64,000 nucleotides of DNA from Squalus acanthias (GCA_030390025.1 CM059447.1:19468001-19532000), one strand, 5' to 3'. Positions 50,153 through 62,650 are shown, numbered from the stretch's first letter. Notes: generated from the sequence alone by a model not told the origin. Translations and numbers: made by a program.

Positions 50153-50330
50153 ACAACTTGTATTTATATAGCGCCTTTAACACAGTAAAACATCCCAAGG
50201 CGCTTCACAGGAGCGTTATCAAACAAAATTTGACACCGAGCCGCATAAGGGGATATTGGGGCAGATGACCAAAAGCTCGGTCAAAGAGGTAGGTTTTAAG
50301 CAGTGTCTTAAAAGGAGAAAAGAGAGGTAA
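50153..50330 (-). mobile_element. L2 LINE 3' end
   Basis: Same family as 5640-5815; peptide fragment FKTLLKTYLFDRAF. Confidence 0.85.
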
Positions 50331-50619
50331 AGAAACCATACAACCAAGTACAATAGTTTTAGAAGCTATTAGCATAAGACCATAAGAAAGCTTGGAATAT
50401 GAACTGGCCATTCCTTCCTGCTTAATTTAAAAAACTCTGACTATACCTTCTTGTTCTATCAAAGTATTCTCCCGGGCAAAGGTTTAGCAAAGTTTCCTTT
50501 TAGCTCAGTTTCTATCGGTAAGTCAAGCAAAACTTAATATCCACCTAACCATTCAATCTACATTATTCACCCTTGATCAGTTGCCTTCTTGGCATTAGAC
50601 TATATCAACTTATTCTTAT

Positions 50620-50920
50620 AACCCTGCATTGCATTGCATTCCATTCTATTCCATTCTTAACCAGATAATCATCCAGCTCTTTTTAAAAGGTATTAATTAG
50701 CACAGCATTAACTGTCTCAGTTGACTCAGTCCACAAATCCACTGCTCTGTGGGGGGAAAAAAATCTTTTTCATCTGAAGTTTTGCCTCAGATTTGTTAAT
50801 TTTATACCCATGTCTTCTAATTCTGTGCTTGCATTCAAATGGAAAAACCTGCTTGCATCTACATTCCTCTCAGAATGTTAACAACCTGGGTCCTGGTCCC
50901 CTCCCATCTACTTTTCTCTG
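50620..50920 (-). mobile_element. Very degenerate CR1 3' end
   Basis: ccacaaatccactgctctgtgg...aaaaatctttt...ttatacccatgtcttcta resembles antisense CR1. Confidence 0.5.
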
Positions 50921-51454
50921 ATTAGCATGGTTTTGTGAGTCTCCTGGACTTGTTTCATGGATTTACTATTATTTTATGTGGTCATTAGTAAAAATAGATG
51001 AAGATAGAACATCATATTCAAAAGAATAATACATACAATAAACAATAAAGTGGAGTATTGTTGAGCCATCTTCTATTATTTCTGGTGTTTCAAATCTCTC
51101 AGTTACAAATGATAAATTGTGCGGAAGAATCTGGTCATTAAAGGTGCACCATTTTCATTCAAATTTAGGATTTTGTTTTGTTTGAGGAAGAAGAAGAATC
51201 ACAAAAGATGTGCATTCATTTTGCTACAATGTGATGACAAAGGACAATACAATGCATTTTATTGCAATTTATGTTTGTGCATTTGAAAAAAAGTTTATCA
51301 AGAAGAGAGGTTGGAAAACGGAAAGGAAATAAGATACAATTAAATTAATGAAGCCAGTACATGATGAATTTATTAAAGTTTAGAATTTATTAAAAATGGC
51401 CATGGGTTCAGGTGCATCCAAGACCAGGAGATATCCTCCAACCAATGTTCTCCC

Positions 51455-51720
51455 TAATTTTTTTTGGTTGCGCGGTCCCTTTAACGGGGTGTGGGCCCAT
51501 TCAAAATTTCGCGCATGTGCAAAATCTCCCATTCAAAAACCGGTAAGCGGCCTGCTCGGGACCCCCAGACAGCTGCGCGGCCACGCAGCTTGGCGAGAAC
51601 GTTGCCTCCACACCCACTCCTTTCAAGACCAGAACCTTTCCAGTCCAGGCCCAACAACTCTCGCCTGTTGTCCTCCCAAACCTCTCCTTCCTATCCCAGG
51701 CTCCAGCCCCAGTTTCTCTC
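51455..51720. mobile_element. GC-rich non-autonomous repeat, MITE-like, family unassigned
   Basis: Abrupt CpG-rich block (ccctttaacggggtgtgg...cgcgcatgtgc...gcgcggccacgcagc) within AT-rich flanks. Confidence 0.4.
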
Positions 51721-52254
51721 TCACCTATGCACGTTGTAGGAGCTCCTGGAATGGTCTCTTCTCACCTGTTCCTTTCCTCTCCTGCTCTGGCTAAGTTATG
51801 CACCTCCGACCTGTTATATATCACCTACCATGTTGCTATGTTCCCTATTTAAAAAATAAAATTAAAAGGTGCATAATTAGTGAATCATTATAAGAATATG
51901 AATGAAAGGCACACAGAGACAGTAGGAGACATAGAGGAGACAAAGAGACAGAATAACTATTACATAGAAAGACAAAGAGCAAAGGAGTGAGGAAAAAGAC
52001 AGAGATGACAATGGGAGAAGAGATATACAGAGAGAGACACACACACAACATGCAGAAAGACAAAAAGAGAAAGTCAGAAGGACTCAGAGAGTGGAAGAGA
52101 AGGTAAAACAGAGAGAAGGGTCACATTTTTATTTTTGATGGTAAGTACAAAGTACTGCCATACTGGATCTCTGCCCAGTTTTCTGATTGGATTCACTTGA
52201 TTTACAGGTATAACTCAGGTGAATCTGATCAGGAAATGTACTCTATTGTATAAC

Positions 52255-52560
52255 CTAGTCATAGAGACCAGAAGAGCCATTGTTTGATTCCTAGTTTGTG
52301 CTGAATTATCTCAGCAGCAAGTGCTGTCAGGGCACCACAACTGGCTCTAACCTAGGGTGGGAAAACAGGGTGCAGCCTCCTGATTGCCAGTCAGTAATCC
52401 TGCTGGAAAGTACACATGTTTGGGTGCTGAGCAAGGACAGGATGAAGCTCAGATGTGATGCTCCTCACAGTGGAATAGCCTGTTGATATAGTGTCTAGAC
52501 TCACAAGTGAGTTATGGCAGATGATCAGGAGAACCCCTGTGGAGAATTCAACCCTAAAGT
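52255..52560 (+). mobile_element. AmnSINE2-like SINE, near full length
   Basis: agaccagaagag...gtttgattcctagtttgtgctgaatt...ctcctgattgcc...cctgctggaaagt...gaatagcctg. Confidence 0.6.
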
Positions 52561-52584
52561 TTACCACTTTAGTTGACATCTTGC

Positions 52585-53125
52585 ATAGAATGACATATAA
52601 TTCACAGCATAGAAACAGGCCATTCAGCCCAATAAGTCTATGCCGGTGTTTATGCTCCTCATATCTTAGTTCATCTCATCCTATCAATATATCCTTCTAT
52701 TCCTTTTTCCCTCATGTCGTTATCTAGCTTCCCCTTAAACGCAGCTATGCTATTCACCTCAACCGCTCCATGTGCTAATGAGTTCCACAGTCTCACCAAT
52801 CTCCAATTAAAGAAGTTTCTCCTGAATTCCTTATTGGATTTATTAGTGACTGTCTTATATTTATGGCCCCTAGTTTTGGACTCCCCCACAAGTGGAAAAA
52901 CCTTCTCTACATCTACCCTATCGAAAACTTCATCATTTTAAAGATCTCGATCACCTCTCAGTCTTTTTTCGAGAGAAAAGAGCCCCGGCCTGTTCAGTCT
53001 TTCTTGGTAGTTGTACCCCCTCAGTTCTGGTATCATCCTTGTAAATCTTCTTTGCACTTTCTCCAGAGCTTCTATATTTTTTTGTAATATGGAGACCAGA
53101 ACTGTGCACAGTACTCTTTAAGTGT
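52585..53125 (-). mobile_element. CR1 LINE 3' fragment
   Basis: ORF 52671..52889 GESKTRGHKYK...RRNFFNWRLVRLWNSL. Confidence 0.9.
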
Positions 53126-53996
53126 GATTTTCATTTTCTGTATTTTAAAAATACCAGAGCATTAAAAGTCAGGCTCATTTGTAAAGATTAGGTGGCTTGG
53201 TCCTTTTGTTACACCGATAAATTTACATCATTTCAAGTTTTATTTTGGTTGACAGCATTGACAGCTTAAATACCACAAAAAGTGTGTTTCCACCCACTGT
53301 TTTAAAAATAGGCAGAAAAGTCAGTCATAGATACTATTTAATCTGATATGCTGCTTAATTTAAATACATTTCTGACTGAGCAAAAACAAAAATAAAAAGA
53401 TACAGGAATGCACAGCATTACACATATATTATAGAATTTTACATTTATGACATCTTGCGACTTACAACAAATATTATATCACATATCACTTGATACCAAC
53501 ATTTTACTACATTGAAATCTAACATTACACTGTGAACCGGGTTATAATACTTTGTTACTAAGGTTATAAGGCTTGTGTAATTACACATGCCATTTATAGA
53601 CTAGTCAATGACGTCGCAGTTATAATTCAAAGTCACTTTTCCTTCAATGATATTTAGATTATCTCCTAAAGATAAGGATTGATGTTTTGTGCAATTTTGC
53701 ATTTAAAGTCCTGAAGTATGAGTGTTCACTAGTTGAAGTGCGCCCTAACAGTTATGCGTCTCTTTGGAGTGTCAGGGAACATTAATGCATCTTTTCCACT
53801 ACATTGCTGGGAATAACTTGACTTATTTTCACCTCTACACCACCAGGAGCGAATGCAGTTACTTCTGCTGCTTTGACTGATCAGCCCCCTTATACTGTTG
53901 GAGAAACAATTGCATACACATTACTAGGGTGATGGGGAGAATGGATATACGAGACTCCCAGATCGAAAGCAGCGTGTGTCTAGAAATTTGGAGTAG

Positions 53997-54690
53997 GCGG
54001 GGGTGAAATTGGATCTTGTTGTGTCCATTTCTTGGGCAGAAAACAAGTGCAAAGAGATCCAATTTAGGGGGCCAACCTCCCGCACTGAAACTGCTGGAAA
54101 CATTAAAGGCCATATTGGTTTGTAAGCTGTAGAGGTGTCCCGAGCGGCCGCCTAAAGCAGACATAAGGCCTCCTGAATATACTAAGAGGTCTAATGCCTG
54201 CTTCGGAAATTGGTTACCCTGAATGTAGGCAGCGCCAGGCCTTCTGCTTTTAGGATTACCTGGTCTGCACGCAGCCCAACCAGTGGTGCTTAAAAGGACC
54301 GCTCGTGGCTGCTACCAATAAGGTAAGTTTTAAACTAAAAAATCCTTAATAAGGAGCCAGCAGGAGCAGGAGTGCTCCTATCGGCTCCACATTAAAACTG
54401 CGGACTGCTGCTGGCCACCGCTCACCCCTCACCCCCACCTCCCCGATTGCCTGCCCCCGCTCCCAGGCTCACATTAGGCCCTCGGCCGGCGTCTCAGCCA
54501 GCTGATCTTGGCGCCCCCCACACATGACTAGCAAGCTGCCTCTGGGGCCGCGACTGGTGCCCGAAGCTCGTCGGTACGATACTGATGAGGTCGGCGGACC
54601 AATTTGTCGTGGTCCTGCCGTGTCCTCATTAGGCGGGTGCAGCATGAACTGCACTGGGATCGCCGCCCGATTCAGGTTCGAGGCCCGTCT
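53997..54690. mobile_element. GC-rich non-autonomous element (GGGGTGAAATTG terminus; PIF/Harbinger-like MITE suspected)
   Basis: CpG-rich block with a sharp left boundary and an internal inverted repeat aaattggatct...agatccaattt. Confidence 0.45.
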
Positions 54691-55459
54691 TTCTGTATAT
54701 TTTTTTTATCATTTCCTGTGTCATTTGTTTTATGAGTCTTGTAGTATAATATTAAATTTTGTCCTATGCTACCTTTATAAACTGTTGCCCAGTTTCTTCA
54801 GATGTTTAATAGCTCTGGTTTTCTTGTAGTTTGTCTTGTCAGAAGTCATTAGTATTAACATTATATTGAAGCTCGTTTTGTATCTATGTTTATATCACCT
54901 CGTTGTTCGGGTTCTTTAATTGTCTGCGTCTTGTGGTAAAGTGTCGTTTCTGCTTCTGTTCAATGGTGATTCTATAAAGTCCTTGACATCTCATTAATGA
55001 AGTGTTTTTCTGTCTCAGGGAGCTTGACACTTGTATGTAAATTTGCTTTTATTTTCTCTGTGTATTTCTTTTTCTGTCTGTTTACGCTTTTTTGTTGTAG
55101 TGTTTATTGTCTGATGACCTGATTGTGGATTATATGTGGTGTGCTTACTGGATGTTCGGCTGTTGCCATGGTAGCAGCCAGAGGAGGTGCTGTGCATTGT
55201 GGGTTGGGTTTGAATGCATTGGAGCAGCTGCTAGATGTTTCTGTCAGGAAAGGGTTTAACGAACCTTGCAGAAGCTATTTTCATATCCGGTATGATCGTA
55301 ATCCCATTAAATACATCCAATGGATACTGTGTAATTGGGCCAGAAATGCAAATCCGTGTGTAAACGTAGAGCGAAGACAGAAACATATAGGAGATCAATC
55401 AACATCGGAAAGAGAGGTCGTTGCCAGTTGTATAAAAGGGGCTTCTGCAATCTCACCTG

Positions 55460-55540
55460 GCAATGAAGATTTACACCTGAAATATGAATCTATCTTTCTC
55501 TTTTGGATGCTCATCAACTCGCTGTGTTTTCCCAATATAA
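55460..55540 (+). mobile_element. Degenerate Penelope-like terminus
   Basis: tgaagatttacacctgaaatatgaatctatctttctc...gatgct...cgctgtgttttcccaatat resembles the reverse complement of 62660-62750. Confidence 0.45.
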
Positions 55541-56012
55541 TGGGGTCAATGTTTGCGTGTAGCATGGCTCAGACGGGCAATAGATGGGGAGACCACATTC
55601 TTTACTCGATGCAGTCGGTGGGAGGCCAGAGCCATTTTCGTGGCTGGGCCTCATTTAAATGTAATCAGTGAGCTGCTAGTGCTAATTGCAGCCCTTATAG
55701 GCAGCTGGCCAATTGGATGCTAATTAAAGGCATCCTGAAACCCCTTAAAGGGGAGGTGCATTTTTCAATGGTGGGTAGTGGAAAGTGATTTTCTGAAGCA
55801 GCTGGCAGCGTAGGTTCAGCCAGGGCCTTCAGGTTCACTGATGCAGTCATAGAGGTGCTCATTTAGCAAGTGAGCTGCAGAAAGGAGGTCCTTTCTTTCC
55901 TCCTCTTGCCAGAGTGGAATCGCCTTAAGAGTTTAAAATATTCTACAGCCACGACAATTACTTTGAGCAGCCAAAAACCACAGTGTAATTCAAACAAAAT
56001 GTCTCCCAAATT

Positions 56013-56440
56013 TTACTTCCACCACCATAATATCGCCCGTCTCTGCCCCTGCCTCAGATTATCTGCTGCTGAAACCCTCATCTATGCTTTTGTTACCTTC
56101 AGACTTGATTATTCCAATGCTCTCCCAGCCAGTCTCCCATCTTCCACCCTGCATAAACTTGAGCTCATCCAACACTTCTCTGCTCGTATCCTAAACCGTT
56201 CACCCATAACCCCTGTGCTCGCTCATCTACATTTGCCCCCAGTCCACCAACGCCTTGATTTTAAAATTCTCATCCTTCTGTTTATATCCTGCCATGACCT
56301 TGCCCCTCTCTATCTATGTAACCTCCTCCCTCTCTATCTATGTAACCTCCTCCAGCCCTACAACCCTCTAAGAACTCTGCATGCCTCCAACTCTGGCCTC
56401 TTGCGCATCCCCCCCACTCCTTTCACCCCACCATTGTCTT
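56013..56440 (+). mobile_element. L2 LINE 3' fragment
   Basis: ORF 55870..56442 contains YFHHHNIARLCPCL...AETLIYAFVTFRLDYSNAL...ITPVLAHLHLPPVHQRLDFKIL. Confidence 0.9.
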
Positions 56441-56923
56441 GACAGCATCATTTGACCCCGATTCGAATATATTCATTAGGCCCTGCCTGATTCCAGTGGG
56501 AGCTCCAGCCACCTCAACTGAGGTTCGCCCGAAAATCAAAATGAGAGGACACCCAGCGTCAGTCTTTCTCATGTCCTGTTTTTAAGTGTAAGCAGGGCGG
56601 TAACCGGAGGAATTCATTGGCTGTGATGCACTTTGGGCTGTCATGGGAAAGTGATAGATACCACATAAATGCAAGTTCTTTCTTCTTTCTTGCTGGAGCA
56701 TCAATACTGACCTGGAAACCTATAGACTTGGGTGGTCAGCCAGTGGATCCTTATGCTTGTAATATTCCTATCTGATCAAAATATCCACTTACGATTGTTT
56801 AAAGTGGTTCACAGTGGTGTAATGATGATTTTTTACTTATTTATTAATGCTAACTGAAAAATACATATCAGTGAGAAACAGTCCTTGCTGTTTAACACGG
56901 ATTAGTCGGCTTTTGTTAAATAA

Positions 56924-57610
56924 TGGTCTGGAATTTGAGTTCAGCGGCGAAGCAAAGGCGTCTTCCACTGGCCCTGAAGAAACCTGCCCTCGGTGGCGAG
57001 AAGTTTGCCTTTTTCAACGCGTAAGTGATTTCCGCACTCTATAGTGGGGATTCCCTAGCGCGATCTGCTGTGACGTCAACAAGCTGTCTGAGCAGCCAAT
57101 CGCATTGCAGAATTCTCACAGACAGGGAAGCAGGAAATGAGAAGCTGCTTTTATCCCAACTTTTAAAAAATGTTACAGAGAGCAAAACAAAGATTGGGGC
57201 TCTCACATGGGGATAAGATAAACCTGAAATAAATATGTAAAAACTTTTTAAAAATACAATTTTTAAAAAAGTTTCTTAGAAATTGTAATTTTTATCATAA
57301 CGGAGAAATTTGACACTCCACAAAATTAAAATTAGTTTTTCAGAGCCATAACGTTTGTTTAGCAGTCCATACGCTGTTAAAACCCCAGTTACACTTAATC
57401 CAACAAGGTCTAACTTTTAAGGGGTATTTAACAGCGATAATACTGCGGAAAAGCCCCAAGTTTTCATCAGTTTCACTGATTACACTGATTGCTGGCTATG
57501 GGGTTGGGGTCCACAGCGCAGCCAGTGTCTGAGCAGTGAATGGCTGACCGCAACTTCAGAATGTCTGCGTTTAGATGCGCAGTTCCCGATGGAGCTGGAG
57601 ACCCTGACGG
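56924..57610. mobile_element. Non-autonomous GC/AT-mosaic repeat (GGTCTGGAATTT terminus), MITE-like
   Basis: CpG-rich ends around an AT-rich core; terminus resembles 63801 and 53997. Confidence 0.4.
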
Positions 57611-58984
57611 ACTTGTTGCTTTTCCTTGTTTCCTTCACCAACTGTTGGACATTGCACGGTTAGAATTTGCTCTTGAACTCCTGCTGCGAAGTTTGAGCAC
57701 GCCTCTCTGGTAGTTCAGACAATATATGGTGTCACGGTGCATGAGACGTTTATTTAAAACAAGACTCTAATATCATGCCGTGTCACAATTATTCAGTTCA
57801 TGCTGCTGAAGGAAATTGTTTTTTTTTAGTGCCAAGTAGCTCAGCGCTGACATGCCAACTCTCCAATCTTGGCCAAGCTCTCAGGGGTGCAGCCGACAGA
57901 GGCAGACTGTCTCCCCCACAGGGAGGGAGGAAAGGATAATTACAGGATGCATCACCCTGCACAGCTCTTGTACTCATTCTGGCAGCTGCCTCAAGTGCAG
58001 CATTACTAAAGGACTGGAGGAGAGGGGAGCAGGGGGGCAGATTGGCTGACGAACAGTGAATAACACTGAGGATGGAAAAGAGAAAAGTGAGCGGTGGCGG
58101 CCCGTGGTTTTAACGTGGAGCCGGTAAAGCACTTCTGTACCTCCCCGCTCTACGTTCAGGTAACTATTTTTCTTTGAAAAATGTACCTTTTCAGAGGCGG
58201 CCTGCAGCTGTCGCTTTAAGGACCGCTGGTTAGGCCGCATGTGGACCTGGTTTTCCTGAGCGCAGTGGGCCTGATTGGATAAAGGATTTTCCTCACCCCA
58301 CTTCCTTCTGGCCCGCCTCACTCCCCTTCCTTGCCTGCCCCTTCCCTCCTCCTCCTCTCCCTTCTCCTTCGCTTTCCTCCTCCTGCCCCCTACATTGGTT
58401 CCATTATGCTCCACACTCCTAACCCTGATTGTCCTGAAAAATTCAAATTGGTCTTTCAAGCTGAGGTACATCAGCGTTGCTACTCTATGACAAGTGGTGA
58501 GACACAGTCTGCAGTCCCTCACGTAAGGAGTCCTTGATCATAGCCGTACCATCGGCAGGAGGTGCTGAATAGGGTAAAAAAGAATTTGATATGAATTGAC
58601 TGATTATGACAGCATAATTTATGAGTTTAAATGATTTACTGCCTCTAATTGGTCTGATATTGGTCGGGGGGAATGGAAGAAGGGGTAAGCTTGAAATGAC
58701 TGCTTGATGCTGAACCCTTTAACTTTTGGTAGTTTACCTTAGCCAGTTATTCATCTAGATTGTTTTGTGCTCAATGTGCTGGTCTACTGAAAGTAGTAAA
58801 ATGCACCACCATTCTTTGTCTGCTTACCTGCAGTTTGCTGTCCGGTGAGGATTAATTGCCATTCTTCACAAATTTGCAGATATTATTCCAGTAAACATTC
58901 TGTTTTTACGATGAGTACCATTTCTTGTCAATTATTCCCCCCACTTGTCCCCCTTTTCCTCTTCTCCTGAAGCCATTGACTCCT

Positions 58985-59300
58985 TACTGCATTACATTTC
59001 CACGGGCACCAGTCACCATTGGGCACCTCGCCCCATTAGTCACATGCCAGCCATGCGAGTGGGTGTTGGTGTGGCACACGCCCGCGAGGGGACCATCGCC
59101 ATTGAGCTCCATCCTGTCCTCATCCAGTGCGCGCACACGCATATGTGTCCCGCAGAGGTCGCTGGATAACGAGTAAGAGCTGAAACCCAAGCCAATTTCT
59201 CCTCCCACCCTAGGGCTCCAAGGTCAATTATAGTGCTCTTGCCACCACATGGCTGAGATCTGCGAAGCCAGCACTGACTGGGAATTGAACCTGGGATCTC
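58985..59300 (-). mobile_element. AmnSINE2-like SINE
   Basis: Reverse complement begins ggagatcccaggttcaattcccagtcagtgctggc (B-box) and aligns with 52270-52545. Confidence 0.6.
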
Positions 59301-59509
59301 CCTTACAATTCTTAGAGGCTTGACAGGGTAGATGCTGAGAGGCTGTTTCCCCTCGCTGGAGAGTCAAGAACTAGAGGTTATAGTCTCAGGATAAAGGGCC
59401 GGTCATTTAGGACAGAGTTAAGGAGAAATTTCTTCTCTCAGAGGTTTGTGAATCTTTGCAATTCTCTAACCCAAAGGGCTGTGGAGGCTCAGTCATTGAG
59501 TATATTCAA

Positions 59510-59747
59510 AAATGAGAAGTCGCACAACACCAGGTTATAGTCCAACAGATTTATTTAAAATTACAAGCTTTCGGAGCTATCCTGCCCCTTCTTCAGGTAA
59601 AGTTACACTGAGTGTAACTTTACCTGAAGAAGGGGCAGGATAGCTCCGAAAGCTTGTAATTTTAAATAAATCTGTTGGACTATAACCTGGTGTTGTGCGA
59701 CTTCTCATTTTTGTCCACCCCAGTCCAACGCCGGCATCTCCGCATCA
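59510..59747. mobile_element. Penelope-like fold-back insert; perfect 103-bp arms (59507-59609 and 59611-59713); 13-bp TSD tgagtatattcaa
   Basis: Palindrome checked base by base; TSD at 59497-59509 and 59748-59760. Confidence 0.85.
59620..59659 (+). ncRNA. Minimal hammerhead ribozyme motif (identical copy on the minus strand at 59561-59600)
   Basis: ttac CTGAAGA a GGGGC aggata GCTCC GAAA GCTT gtaa. Confidence 0.7.
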
Positions 59748-60339
59748 TGAGTATATTCAAGGCAGAGATCGATGGATTTTTGGGCACTAAGGGAATCAAG
59801 GGATGTGGGGATAGGGCGGGAAAGTGGAGATGAGGTAGAAGATCAGCCATGATCTTACTGAATGGCGGAGCAGGCTCGAGGAGCTGTATGGCCTCCTCCT
59901 GCTCCTATTTCTTATGTTCTCAGGACAGTTTATCAGATAGTGTCACTGTAGATTTTAAATTGTTGCTTTTTGCACTAGTTTACATTTAAGTGATGATAAA
60001 CGATTACTTATAAAACTTTTAACAAATGATAGTTTTGCACTATTTAGCAAAATTACACAATCACATTGTTTGCATAGGATTTTTGTCTGGAGAGGCAATT
60101 TATTTTCTGACAATGCACAGAAAGAAACACGGAAAACATTTCACAGGAAAACACAGGAACTTTTTGCTAAACAGCAGATGAGGATCTGGGAGCACTCGAT
60201 TGTATTTTCTTTCCTTCCTATTCTCCCTCTTCCCCTATGTTCCGATTTGATATTTCCCTTTCATTTAACAATTAAATCAATATATTTTTTTGCGTATTTT
60301 CCTTTTTTTAAATTGGATTCTTAAGAATGTATTTTCGAA

Positions 60340-60530
60340 GTCATAAGGTGTACATGCATACATATATTTTATGAAGCTATTATAGATATAGGTGTACATT
60401 CATGTACATTTTATGAAGCCATTGTACGATTAAGGGTACATCCGCAAAGATATTTTGTGAGCTCATTTTATACTTAGATGTACAATCACACACATTAAGT
60501 ACATTCCCATACATAGTTTATGAAGTCACT
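60340..60530. repeat. Degenerate minisatellite, unit about 43 bp
   Basis: Recurring aggtgtacat...attttatgaagc units. Confidence 0.55.
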
Positions 60531-61104
60531 GTGCATCCTGACTCCACGGTGTCTGCAGGATGAATGCACCACCACATCAGGCCGCTTGCAGCGGGAGCAG
60601 TGCAGGCTGAGGGGCGGAGGCAGCTGGTTTGGGGCCGGGGTTCTGCGGTTAGTTAGGGCAGGGGAGGGGTCCTGAATACTGGTGGTCACCTCGATTGGGT
60701 TTCGTGCCTCTCATGGCCGATGCGTGGTTTGCTGCAAAGACAGAGTAGTTGGTGTTGAATGGGTCTCCAGTAATAGGCCCCAGGCTGACTGGTATTTCTC
60801 AGCTGTTGGATTTTATCAATGAATATTTCACAGCTACAGATTTAGTTATGAAAAGGGAATCTTGAGCAGTTGTTGTAAACTGTGTATCTGACCTGAGAGG
60901 ACACTACTTCAGTTCAACCTGAGGTGCTCGATTTATTTTTATGTGCTAAAATTCATTCATAATATTCAGCATACAAGGAAAAATCCGTCTTTAAGGATTA
61001 ACAACGCAAACTGAAAGACCAACAGGAATTTTTCATTTGTGTAGGAGGACATCACCACCTGCTGTACAAAGAGATGTACTGCATAAGGTTAATCTGCAAA
61101 CTGA

Positions 61105-61555
61105 AAAGAAAGAAAGACTTGTGTATATATATAGCGCCTTTCACGACCACCGACATCCCAAAGTGCTTTACGGCCAATGAAGTTATTTTGAAGAGTGTTG
61201 TAATGTAGGAAACACAGCAGCCAATTTGCACACAGCAAGGTCCCACTAACAGCAATGTGATGATGACCAGATCATCTGTTTTAGGGATGAATATTGGCCA
61301 GGACACCGGGGATAACTCCCCTGCTCTTCTTCAAATAGTGCCATGGGATCTTTTACATCCACCTGAGAGAGCAGACGGGGCCTCAGTTTAACGTCTCATC
61401 CGAAAGACGGTACCTCCGACAGTGCAGCACTCCCTCAGCACTGCACTGGAGTGTTAACCTAGATTTTTGTGGTTAATTCTCTGGAGTGGGACTTGAACCC
61501 ACAACCTTCCAGACTCAGAAGGTAATGGTACTACCAACTGAGCCACAGCTGACAC
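61105..61555 (-). mobile_element. Full-length Deu-domain SINE
   Basis: Reverse complement of the 3771-4246 family, including the tRNA-like head (gtggctcagttggtagt...gggttcaagtccc). Confidence 0.88.
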
Positions 61556-61561
61556 ACATAA

Positions 61562-62312
61562 AAGACTTAATGGCACAGTTTTAAAGAGTGTGCAGGGACA
61601 GAGGGACCTGGGAGTTAATGTGCATAGGTCCCTGAAGGTGGCAGGACATATTGAGAGAGTGCTTAGCAAAGCATATGGGATCTTGGGCTTCATAAATCGA
61701 GGTATTGAGTACAAAAGTAGAGAAGTTATGCTGAACCTTTATAAAGCGCTGGTTAGGCCACAACTGGAGTATTGCGTCCAGTTCGGGTCACCACACTTTA
61801 GGAAGGATGTGAAGGCCCTTGAGAGGGTGCAGAGTAGATTTGCCAGAATGGTTCTGGGGATGGGGAATCTTGGCTACAAGGACAGGTTGGAGAAGCTGGA
61901 TTTGTTTTCATTAGAGCAAAGGAAGTTGAGGGGTGATTTGATAGAGGTGTACAAGATTATGACGGGTTTGGATAGGCTAGACGGGGAAAGGCTGTTCCCA
62001 CTAGTTGATGGTACAAGGACTAGGGGACACAGATTTAAGGTTTTGGACAAGAGATACGGGGTGGGGGGGATGTGAGGAAAAACTTTTTTACACAGCGAGT
62101 GGTGAGGACCTGGAACTCGCTGCCGACGGAAGTGGTGGAAGCGGAGACACTCAATGTTTTCAAGGGGACACTGGATAGGCACTTGAGGGAAATAAACTTG
62201 CAAGGCTACGGGGATAGAGCGGGGGAATGGGACTGACTGGATTGCTCTGCAGAGAGCTGGCACGGACTCGCTGGGCTGAATGGCCTCCTTCTGAGCCGTA
62301 TGACTCTATGAC
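61562..62312 (+). mobile_element. CR1 LINE 3' fragment, relatively young
   Basis: ORF 61590..62075 QRDLGVNVH...LYKALVRPQLEYCVQF...LERVQ...RGDLIEVYKIM...TRGHRFK; CR1 tail. Confidence 0.93.
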
Positions 62313-62650
62313 ACTATGACAGGCCTGTCCTGCCTGCTGCACTTCATTATTTGGTAGCAGTAAAACATTGGGGGTGAGGTTCCTCGCAATCTAAGGCAGT
62401 TACACCTTTGTCATACCATTATTGCACTGAAAAAGATCGCGGAAAATGGTGCTCAGCGCAGTACTATATTGCATTAAACGCAAATTTCCTCAATCTTATT
62501 AACAGTGCAAATCTTACGCCACTCAAAATCCCTCAGGGCTCATTTGCATAAGCTGCACTTTTGAAGTAAACTGAAGTTTCCTGGGTTTACACTGCTACAT
62601 TGGGGTAACTTTACACCCTAAAGAAACCGATCTAACAGCTCCTTTTAGCA

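Larger units (their letters stand above)
59310..59921 (+). mobile_element. CR1 3' end, interrupted by a Penelope fold-back insert
   Basis: LRGLDRVDAERLFPLAGESRTRG-like coding sequence and CR1 tail; contiguous across the insert via the TSD. Confidence 0.9.

Noticed and set aside
55123-55671. 182-aa plus-strand ORF
   Set aside because: Runs across a degenerate Penelope terminus and into a repeat; no coherent protein features.
57071-57078. Additional CRE palindrome TGACGTCA
   Set aside because: A single site inside a repeat-like block, with no supporting promoter context.
57974-58522. 182-aa minus-strand ORF
   Set aside because: Open mainly because of a purine-rich low-complexity tract; no recognisable homology.
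61590-62075. 161-aa ORF as a host gene (also 63396-63776 and 55870-56442)
   Set aside because: These are 5'-truncated CR1 or L2 ORF2 remnants with frameshifts, not domesticated genes on present evidence.
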